From the IMG/VR virus record IMGVR_UViG_2671180422_000004: a stretch of DNA of 12,647 bases, one strand, 5' to 3'. The position numbers were made by a program, and so were the translations under genes. Below the pieces are notes generated by a model that searched no databases, was not told the DNA's origin, and saw nothing but the letters and a program-made list of their open reading frames with translations. Every line of letters starts with the position of its first letter. Position 1 is the stretch's first letter. Of the stretch, positions 1 to 6,869 are shown piece by piece. This DNA comes from a virus (lineage: Duplodnaviria; Heunggongvirae; Uroviricota; Caudoviricetes).

Positions 1-642
1 TTAATCGGACGCTTTTAAATTTTTATTTTTCCCAGCAGAAAAATTAGCTTTCCCGCTGTTTTGCAACTCAACAAGAGGAGATAACCGTCGGTAAACAGCC
101 AAAAGTATCTTTAACTGAACCAGTTCATCTGCCCCCGATAGTTGAACCAAGTTTTTACGTTGTTCTTCACTAAGTGCCATCACAGATTCAAGTGATTTAA
201 CTGCGTCAGAAACAAGTTCAATCTCTTTAATTTGATTCTGTATACGCAGCTTCTCTGATTTCAACTTTGCCCATTCTCTTTGTCGATATGTACGCATCAC
301 CTGATCGTAAACTTTGTTGGCAGCCAGAATACTTCCACCAACAGCAGTAACTAACTCAGCAATCTGCCAAGAGATATCAATAAGAGCAGACAATTCAATA
401 AAGCCAGGAGAGGCATACTGAATTTTTTTCACTACAGGACGTAAATCTGGTGGAGTCGCACTGTAAGCCCCTCTAAAAAAGTTCACCACACTGTGCCCAC
501 CCTCCCAAGGCATTGTTGAATATCCTCTTGATCCTCCTTTTAGGCCATAAAAAAAACCATATAGCTGCAAATACTCTTTCGTTAAGACCGCGAAATCAGC
601 TAACTCCCAACGATTATCAAGCTCAATTATAACTTTTTCCAT
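1..642 (-). CDS. Hypothetical protein, 213 aa; AT-rich accessory ORF beyond ogr, function unknown
   Basis: Complete minus-strand ORF: ATG at 642-640, TAA stop at 3-1 (the window starts exactly at its stop). GGTGG SD-like element a few nt upstream. Visibly lower GC than the adjacent P2 genes. C-terminal half is K/E/L/Q-rich (coiled-coil-like). I recognise no catalytic motif. Confidence 0.55.
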   Translation of the reverse strand: MEKVIIELDNRWELADFAVLTKEYLQLYGFFYGLKGGSRGYSTMPWEGGHSVVNFFRGAYSATPPDLRPVVKKIQYASPGFIELSALIDISWQIAELVTAVGGSILAANKVYDQVMRTYRQREWAKLKSEKLRIQNQIKEIELVSDAVKSLESVMALSEEQRKNLVQLSGADELVQLKILLAVYRRLSPLVELQNSGKANFSAGKNKNLKASD

Positions 643-742
643 TTTCCACCAACCTGTCCAACTTTAAAGATTGACTTTTAAGTATATGATAAACATAGTT
701 TATTAAACGTGATCCACTACTTTTAATGAAGAATATTCCCCA

Positions 743-778
743 AAACAGAAAGCCCCTCGACTGAGGGGCTTTCTGTTT
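743..778. terminator. Bidirectional intrinsic terminator hairpin downstream of ogr
   Basis: Perfect 16-bp inverted repeat AAACAGAAAGCCCCTC (743-758) / GAGGGGCTTTCTGTTT (763-778) with 4-nt loop GACT. GC-rich core flanked by an A-tract and a T-tract, so it can terminate in either orientation. It begins 5 nt past the ogr stop. Confidence 0.65.
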
Positions 779-782
779 GTAA

Positions 783-1001
783 TTACATCCACATAATTTG
801 CTGCCCTGACGGCAACGGGTGCGGCCTTACGGCGTGGACTTCTCCCGGTTTCACGATGTATCGCTGTACCGACTCATAAGTGATGAACGTGGCGCTGCAA
901 TTCACGTTCTGACACTGGTGATAACGCTCTTTTGTCGTGTCAGTAATATAGCGACTTGTACGCGCATGTGCGGCATGCTGGCATAAAGGACAATGAAACA
1001 T
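783..1001 (-). CDS. ogr: Ogr, zinc-finger late-gene transcriptional activator (72 aa)
   Basis: Translation from the internal ATG (1001-999) gives MFHCPLCQHAAHARTSRY...SGQQIMWM, 72 aa, with C-x2-C ... C-x4-C zinc-finger cysteines, matching my recollection of P2 Ogr. AGAGG-type SD about 8 nt upstream. The 93-aa ORF-track version starts at an upstream in-frame start codon that I consider unlikely. Confidence 0.9.
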   Translation of the reverse strand: MFHCPLCQHAAHARTSRYITDTTKERYHQCQNVNCSATFITYESVQRYIVKPGEVHAVRPHPLPSGQQIMWM

Positions 1002-1082
1002 CGCGAGCACCTCTTCCGGTTTTGTTGATGGTGCCATTTTAGTTAATTTATCCTTATAAAACAAACAGATAAAATAAAAACA

Positions 1083-1922
1083 TCACTCATCATCTTCTGT
1101 TTCGTACTCCACATCAGAAAGCCTGACCTCAAGCTCTAAGGACGTCGTGAAGCCGCTATTATTCAGAAAATGTGTCACCTTAGTGATTGTCCAGTCCTGC
1201 TCGTCTATGACGCGCTTAAAGCCTGACACTTTAACCGGTGTTTCCGTGTAAATATCAGCCCGACCGGTAGCCAGGCTGATGGAGAACTCCGCAACGCCCC
1301 GTTGCAGTTTATCCCACTTCGCCTGAGCGGCGCGCATGGCCTGCGCTTTCGTGGCATATACCGTAGTCAGGGCAAAAACATTGTCAGCCTCACCTGCCAT
1401 GTATTCACCTTCGCGCGCTTCCGGTACTTTTGGCGCTTTCTTCTGCGTGACCGGTTTCGCTTTCGGGTGCTCCAGTGCGCGCAGGTGTTTCTCTTTCTTT
1501 TTGCGTTTCAGTTTTACCTTCTGCTTTTGCGGCTTCGGGTCTTTGGTGTGTAACCACTTTGCCGTTACGCCGGTGTAGGCTCCACGGTCAGCAATCGCAA
1601 AATGATGGCGGTCACCGTCGCTGCGGGTGATGGTGACCTGCGGGATTTTTTTACCGCTGGCCGTCACCCCCTGCCCCGCTTTGAGAAACAGCAGTTTTCC
1701 CATTTTTACCGACACCTCACCGCCGTTGCGTTCTGCAAGACGGGTCAGAAATTTCGCATCAGACTCCTGCGACTGGTCGATGTGCGGGATTTTAATTCCG
1801 GCCAGTGACGGAGCGACACTGGCTTCCAGCCTGTTACGGGAGGCTACCCGTTCTGGTCGGGTGAACTGTTCAACCGGGGACGCGCCAGCGCCGCCGAACG
1901 CGTGGAAATCGACGTCAGTCAT
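1083..1922 (-). pseudogene. D: 5'-truncated tail gene D (phage late control D / gpD family), C-terminal about 270-280 codons retained
   Basis: C-terminal sequence (...IKIPHIDQSQESDAKFLTRLAERNGGEVSVKMGKLLFLKAGQGVTASGKKIPQVTITRSDGDRHHFAIADRGAYTGVTAKW ... lysine-rich linker ... SLELEVRLSDVEYETEDDE) reads as gpD family. P2 gpD is about 387 aa by recollection, and the N-terminal region is absent because the upstream open frame is antisense to terminase coding sequence. The minus frame stays open to 2219 and the ORF-track start at 2123 is a TTG; the true 5' limit is the deletion junction, which I cannot place exactly. Confidence 0.7.
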
Positions 1923-2741
1923 AACGCCCTTGCCGGTGGGCTTCTCTGTGCAGACGGCCAGTGGCGGCAGATTGTCACCATTGAGGACGCGCTGAAAGGC
2001 GGCTGCACGCTGTTCGACATTGAGCAGCTCAAACGTGAAAACAGCGCCGACGATTTTAAAAACCTGTTCATGTGTGAATTTGTTGACGACAAGGCGTCGG
2101 TGTTCCCGTTCGAGGAGCTGCAACGCTGCATGGTCGACACGCTGGAAGAATGGGAAGACTATGCGCCGTTTGCCGCGAATCCGTTCGGCTCCCGCCCGGT
2201 ATGGATTGGTTACGACCCGTCACACCGTGGCGACAGCGCCGGATGCGTGGTACTGGCACCGCCGGTGGTGGCCGGTGGCAAATTCAGAATACTTGAGCGT
2301 CACCAGTGGAAAGGCATGGACTTTGCCACTCAGGCGGAATCCATCCGCAAACTCACCGAAAAATACAACGTCGAATACATCGGTATTGATGCCACCGGCC
2401 TCGGTGTCGGCGTGTTCCAGCTCGTGCGCTCGTTCTATCCCGCCGCGCGCGATATCCGCTACACACCGGAAATGAAAACCGCAATGGTGCTCAAGGCAAA
2501 AGACGTCATCCGCCGTGGCTGTCTGGAATATGACGTCAGCGCCACCGACATCACCAGCTCGTTTATGGCTATCCGCAAGACCATGACCAGCAGCGGACGC
2601 AGCGCCACGTATGAGGCCAGCCGCAGCGAGGAAGCCAGCCACGCCGACCTCGCCTGGGCGACCATGCACGCCCTGTTAAATGAGCCACTCACCGCCGGTA
2701 TCAGCACCCCGCTGACATCCACCATTCTGGAGTTTTACTGA
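1902..2741 (+). pseudogene. P: 5'-truncated terminase large (ATPase/nuclease) subunit gene P, C-terminal about half retained
   Basis: Translation contains the terminase nuclease-domain signature ...RPVWIGYDPSHRGDSAGCVVLAPP...GKFRILERHQWKGMDFATQAESIRKLTEKYNVEYIGIDATGLGVGVFQ... and ends with a TGA overlapping the Q start (TGATG). P2 gpP is about 590 aa by recollection, so the N-terminal ATPase half is missing. The ORF-track start at 1902 is a GTG; the frame is open back to 1809, where an in-frame TGA sits. Confidence 0.75.
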
Positions 2742-3775
2742 TGAGCAAGAAAAAAGGGAAAACACCGCAACCTGCGGCCAAAAAAATGACCGCCAGCGCC
2801 CCGAAAATGGAAGCATTCACCTTTGGCGAGCCGGTACCGGTACTCGACCGCCGTGACATTCTGGATTACGTCGAGTGCATCAGTAACGGCAGATGGTATG
2901 AACCACCGGTCAGCTTTACCGGTCTGGCAAAAAGCCTGCGTGCTGCCGTGCATCACAGCTCACCGATTTACGTCAAACGTAATATTCTGGCCTCAACATT
3001 TATCCCGCATCCGTGGCTTTCCCAGCAGGATTTCAGCCGCTTTGTGCTGGATTTTCTGGTGTTCGGTAATGCGTTTCTGGAAAAGCGTTACAGCACCACC
3101 GGTAAGGTCATCAGACTGGAAACCTCACCGGCAAAATATACCCGTCGTGGCGTGGAGGAGGATGTTTACTGGTGGGTGCCGTCCTTCAACGAGCCGACAC
3201 CTTTCACGCCCGGCTCCGTGTTTCACCTGCTGGAGCCGGATATCAATCAGGAGCTGTACGGCCTGCCAGAATATCTGAGCGCCCTTAACTCTGCCTGGCT
3301 GAATGAGTCGGCCACGCTGTTCCGCCGCAAGTATTACGAAAACGGCGCTCATGCCGGATATATCATGTACGTCACCGATGCCGTGCAGGACCGCAACGAT
3401 ATCGAAATGCTTCGCGAAAACATGGTTAAGTCGAAAGGCCGCAACAACTTTAAAAATCTGTTTCTCTATGCCCCGCAGGGGAAAGCTGACGGCATTAAAA
3501 TTATCCCGCTCAGTGAAGTGGCAACGAAGGACGATTTTTTTAATATCAAAAAAGCCAGCGCCGCTGACCTGCTGGACGCGCACCGCATCCCCTTTCAGTT
3601 GATGGGCGGCAAGCCGGAGAACGTCGGGTCACTGGGAGATATTGAGAAAGTGGCAAAGGTCTTTGTCCGCAATGAGCTTATCCCGCTACAGGACAGGATC
3701 CGCGAGATAAACGGCTGGCTCGGTCAGGAGGTCATCCGCTTTAAAAACTACTCACTGGACACTGACAACGGCTGA
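2741..3775 (+). CDS. Q: Portal (capsid portal vertex) protein Q, 344 aa
   Basis: 344-aa product MSKKKGKTPQPAAKK...FKNYSLDTDNG, same length and lysine-rich N-terminus as P2 gpQ as I recall it. ATG at 2741 overlaps the P stop (coupled operon). Followed by a terminator. Confidence 0.92.
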   Translation: MSKKKGKTPQPAAKKMTASAPKMEAFTFGEPVPVLDRRDILDYVECISNGRWYEPPVSFTGLAKSLRAAVHHSSPIYVKRNILASTFIPHPWLSQQDFSRFVLDFLVFGNAFLEKRYSTTGKVIRLETSPAKYTRRGVEEDVYWWVPSFNEPTPFTPGSVFHLLEPDINQELYGLPEYLSALNSAWLNESATLFRRKYYENGAHAGYIMYVTDAVQDRNDIEMLRENMVKSKGRNNFKNLFLYAPQGKADGIKIIPLSEVATKDDFFNIKKASAADLLDAHRIPFQLMGGKPENVGSLGDIEKVAKVFVRNELIPLQDRIREINGWLGQEVIRFKNYSLDTDNG

Positions 3776-3780
3776 ACATC

Positions 3781-3802
3781 GCCGCCTGCGGGCGGCTTTT
3801 TT
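3781..3802 (+). terminator. Intrinsic terminator after Q
   Basis: GCCGCC (3781-3786) / loop TGCG / GGCGGC (3791-3796) followed by TTTTTT (3797-3802), 6 nt after the Q stop. Confidence 0.6.
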
Positions 3803-3944
3803 ACATCCCGTCATCACGCCCTCACACGCTCACCACCGCACAAAACAGTCCGCAGGCAAACCAACGCCTCAACGGACAGACTAAGCGCCGTCACGACGCG
3901 CTGAGACGCTGAAAAAATAAAATCAGCACCACCGCCAGCGCGCA

Positions 3945-3963
3945 GTGCTTTCCCCGCCTCGCC
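3945..3963. other. cos site: 19-nt cohesive-end sequence of P2 type
   Basis: Plus strand reads GTGCTTTCCCCGCCTCGCC, the reverse complement of GGCGAGGCGGGGAAAGCAC, which I recall as the P2 19-nt cohesive end. It sits where expected, between the Q end and the tin/old-equivalent region. Confidence 0.7.
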
Positions 3964-4057
3964 CGCCCGCTTCATGGGGCGGTTTTGATGCAACCTCGTA
4001 TTAAAGGGGACACCATAGCCCATCAAACCTCAGACTTCGCCCCTAGCTAACGTTTAT

Positions 4058-4087
4058 GAATGCAATGTAATGCAACTTAATGCAAGT
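4058..4087. repeat. Three tandem 10-bp units (GAATGCAATG / TAATGCAACT / TAATGCAAGT) about 60-90 bp upstream of the cargo gene; candidate regulator-binding array
   Basis: AATGCAA heptamer recurs at 4059-4065, 4069-4075 and 4079-4085, with exact 10-bp (one helical turn) phasing, in the AT-rich leader before the SD (AAGAGGA, 4134-4140) and ATG 4147. Confidence 0.45.
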
Positions 4088-4146
4088 TATGGTAATGATA
4101 ATTCTGCGTTAACAATTAAACTAATGTACCTGTAAGAGGATAAAAA

Positions 4147-6630
4147 ATGTCTGGTTTTTTCCTTGATTTAACCAAGCTTTCGCCCAGTGTAAATAGCGAC
4201 ACAGCGATTCCACCGCGAGATATATTTACAGCTCTACCGAGCAAAGACACCAAATTTCAATACCCTCGAGATGTGCAATCAGAGGTCTGGGAAAAATGGT
4301 ATGAAGCAAGGAGAAGCCCAACCAATGTAATAAAAATGAATACCGGAAGCGGTAAAACTTCAGTTGGGTTAATCATTCTTAAAAGCTGTATAAATGAAGG
4401 AGAAGGTCCCGCTGTATATGTTGTTCCTGACAACTATCTAGTTGAGCAAGTGGTTTTGGAGGCTAATCAACTTGGTATACCTGTAACTCAAGATGAGAGG
4501 TCCCCCAAATTTATTGCAGGTAAAGAAATTTTAGTTACAAATATATTCAAAGTGGTTAATGGACGTTCTGCATTTGGCGTTGGAGATGATGGACAAAGAA
4601 TACCAATAGGTTCTATAATAATTGACGATGCTCACGCTTGCCTTTCTTCAATTGAAGAACAATTCTCCATTAGCATTCAAAAAAACAACCCTGCCTATGA
4701 TAAATTATTCAGAATTTTTGAAAATTCACTAATGACACAAGCTGGTGCAAAAACACTAGAGATAAAATCCGGCGATAGAAATGCTTATGTGAGAGTTCCA
4801 TTTTGGAAATGGCAAGAAAGCATAAATGATATAATGACAATCTTGTTAGAAAATAAAGACCATGATGACTTGAGTTTCAAATGGCCATTAATAAAAGACA
4901 ATCTAATATTATCGAAATGCGTTGTAAGTGCTTCCAAAATAGAGATATCACCTCATTGCATACCAATCCAAATGATCCCAAGCCTATCAAACGCAAGAAG
5001 AAAAATATTCATGACAGCTACTCTTGTCGATGAATCCATTCTAGCGAGCCACTTCGGAATAACGGATGAATCACTCTCTAATCCGATAACACCAAAAACA
5101 ATTGGTGATATTGGTGATAGAATGATACTAATGCCTCAGGTTATAAACCCTAGTCTTTCTGATGTAGATATCAAAGCTATGTGCAAGGAGATATCCTCCA
5201 AACATAATGTTGTTGTAATTGTACCATCCGATTACAGAACTAGATTTTGGCAAGATGTTGCAGACAGAATATTAGATAAAAATACAATTTATCAAGGTGT
5301 ACAAGAATTAAGGACACAACATGTTGGCTTAGTAGTCCTAGTTAATAGATATGATGGTATTGATTTACCAAATACCGCATGTCGTCTATTAGTAATAGAT
5401 GGACTTCCTGACGTTCGTAGACTAATAGATAAAGTCTCACAAAGCTTATTGCTTGGAAGCGAAAAAACCAAAGATGAAATTATCCAGAAAATTGAACAAG
5501 GAATGGGGCGAGGAGTGAGATCAAGCGACGACTTCTGCGGAGTGATCTTACTTGGCAAAGCATTAAATGGCGCTGTTTTCCTTGGCTCCTCCTTAGAAAG
5601 GTTTTCTCCAGCAACGAAAGCACAAATTCAACTTTCACAGCAATTGGTATCGATACTGCCGGATACAACTATTGATTCAATCAAAGGTGCTCTTGATTAT
5701 TGTCTGTTACGCAATTCTGACTGGGTCTCAAAAAGCAAAGGTATATTGACTGGCTTAACATTGGAAAATAAGCAGATTGACCAGCATACTATAAATAAAA
5801 GATTGGCATATGACTTAGCATCACGAAATATGTTTCAACAAGCCGCTTTAACTCTAAAAAATGATAGTAGTACAGCTGACAAAGTTTATAAGGGTTATCT
5901 AAAAGAACATGCTGCGGAATATGTAAACTTATATGACAAATCTGAAGCTCAGATATTGCTTCAGTCTGCATCAAACGATAACTATCGGGTATTAAAACCA
6001 CTAATCGGCGTAACATATAATAGACTTAATGGTGCGGCACTTGAACAGGCCAGGGAATGTAGCTCCTATCTCAGAAGTAATTTTGAATCGGCCAATCAAG
6101 TCGTTGTGCATACTAATTCAATAATAGAAAACCTTATTTTCTCCGAGGGCACATCGAATCCCTTCGAAGATGCTATCGAAAAAGTTGCATATTTGGTCGG
6201 TTTTCGTAGCCAACGGCCAGAAAATGATACAGGTAAAGGACCTGACAATTTATGGGCAATGGGAGAAAACAATTATCTAGTAATTGAATGCAAAAATGGA
6301 GCAACCGCAGAAAGAATAAGTAAGCATGACTGCAATCAGTTAAATGGGTCGGGTGCATGGTTCAGAAACATGTATGATCAAACTGCTACCGCCACACCTA
6401 TAATGATACATCACTCTAATATGCCTGAATATGCCGCAACACTAAACGAAGGGTCTCGAATAATGACCATAAATGATCTTGAACGTTTTAAAGCATCTAT
6501 CCTCAGTTTTATCACGGCCATTTGTACAAGTGATAAACGACACGATGAGATATTTATAAGAGAACAATTGATCACATGTAAATTACGTGCATCAGACATA
6601 GTTGAAACCTATACGCGAAACCCTCGTTAA
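4147..6630 (+). CDS. Helicase-nuclease fusion protein, 827 aa: N-terminal SF2 DExH-type helicase core plus C-terminal PD-(D/E)xK nuclease-like domain; candidate anti-phage defence/exclusion protein
   Basis: Strong SD AAGAGGA 6 nt before ATG. Helicase motifs in order: I NTGSGKT (aa 65-71; nt 4339-4359), Ia AVYVVPDNYLVEQ, II IIIDDAHA (DDAH, aa 160-163; nt 4624-4635), III FMTATL, V YDGIDLPNTACRLLVIDGLPD, VI QGMGRGVRSSDDFCGVILLG. C-terminal FEDAIEK ... GPD (D700; nt 6244-6246) ... VIECK (E714/K716; nt 6286-6294) fits an E..PD..ExK restriction-endonuclease-like active site. GC clearly lower than the phage backbone (about 30-43% in two 60-nt samples I counted). Confidence 0.85.
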   Translation: MSGFFLDLTKLSPSVNSDTAIPPRDIFTALPSKDTKFQYPRDVQSEVWEKWYEARRSPTNVIKMNTGSGKTSVGLIILKSCINEGEGPAVYVVPDNYLVEQVVLEANQLGIPVTQDERSPKFIAGKEILVTNIFKVVNGRSAFGVGDDGQRIPIGSIIIDDAHACLSSIEEQFSISIQKNNPAYDKLFRIFENSLMTQAGAKTLEIKSGDRNAYVRVPFWKWQESINDIMTILLENKDHDDLSFKWPLIKDNLILSKCVVSASKIEISPHCIPIQMIPSLSNARRKIFMTATLVDESILASHFGITDESLSNPITPKTIGDIGDRMILMPQVINPSLSDVDIKAMCKEISSKHNVVVIVPSDYRTRFWQDVADRILDKNTIYQGVQELRTQHVGLVVLVNRYDGIDLPNTACRLLVIDGLPDVRRLIDKVSQSLLLGSEKTKDEIIQKIEQGMGRGVRSSDDFCGVILLGKALNGAVFLGSSLERFSPATKAQIQLSQQLVSILPDTTIDSIKGALDYCLLRNSDWVSKSKGILTGLTLENKQIDQHTINKRLAYDLASRNMFQQAALTLKNDSSTADKVYKGYLKEHAAEYVNLYDKSEAQILLQSASNDNYRVLKPLIGVTYNRLNGAALEQARECSSYLRSNFESANQVVVHTNSIIENLIFSEGTSNPFEDAIEKVAYLVGFRSQRPENDTGKGPDNLWAMGENNYLVIECKNGATAERISKHDCNQLNGSGAWFRNMYDQTATATPIMIHHSNMPEYAATLNEGSRIMTINDLERFKASILSFITAICTSDKRHDEIFIREQLITCKLRASDIVETYTRNPR

Positions 6631-6639
6631 ACAGTAAAA

Positions 6640-6662
6640 GACCACCTCCTAAGGAGGTGGTC
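6640..6662. terminator. Hairpin between the convergent cargo gene and gene A; likely terminator, better on the minus strand
   Basis: GACCACCTCC (6640-6649) / loop TAA / GGAGGTGGTC (6653-6662), starting 10 nt after the cargo stop. On the minus strand the stem is followed by TTTTAC; on the plus strand the U-tract is poor (CTTGTATAAT). Confidence 0.5.
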
Positions 6663-6869
6663 CTTGTATAATAAAAAGAACCAGTTTTTATTGTTAATAA
6701 TACAATTCTCGAATTTCAACATAGACTTATTGTACCACCAGTAAAATCATCAATATTAATATATAGAAAAAAAGAAATGTCGATTGTTTGTACGTAGCGT
6801 AATCATATTAACATATACAGATAAACAGCAACCTTACCATTATGCAACCAATCTAAAACATTATGTTTA

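Noticed and set aside
1302-1995. Plus-strand ORFs (1302..1553, 1336..1578, 1602..1808, 1627..1995) inside the D region
   Set aside because: Antisense to or out of frame with gpD-like coding sequence; GC-rich antisense frames stay open by chance; no RBS and no recognisable products.
1919-2956. ORFs 1919..2140(-), 2020..2475(+), 2068..2259(-), 2220..2669(-), 2459..2725(-), 2735..2956(-) overlapping the terminase fragment
   Set aside because: Overlap the well-supported terminase frame in alternative or antisense frames; low-complexity Ala/Arg/Ser-rich translations typical of spurious frames in GC-rich DNA.
2823-3602. ORFs 2823..3278(+), 3125..3583(-), 3303..3602(+) inside portal gene Q
   Set aside because: Nested in alternative or antisense frames of a confidently identified gene.
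3963-3986. Second hairpin (CCGCCC / 8-nt loop / GGGCGG + TTTT) right at the cos end
   Set aside because: Could be an intrinsic terminator, but it overlaps the cohesive-end sequence and may be part of the terminase recognition structure; I cannot tell which from sequence alone, so it is not annotated as a feature.
3814-4026. 70-aa minus-strand ORF spanning the cos site
   Set aside because: Lies across the cos cohesive-end sequence and terminator hairpins, has no SD, and its translation is low complexity; more likely non-coding packaging region.
5292-6599. Minus-strand ORFs (5292..5558, 5480..5668, 5789..6016, 6173..6358, 6411..6599) inside the cargo gene
   Set aside because: Antisense to the 827-aa ORF, which has continuous helicase motifs in one frame; the short antisense ORFs are chance products of AT-rich sequence.
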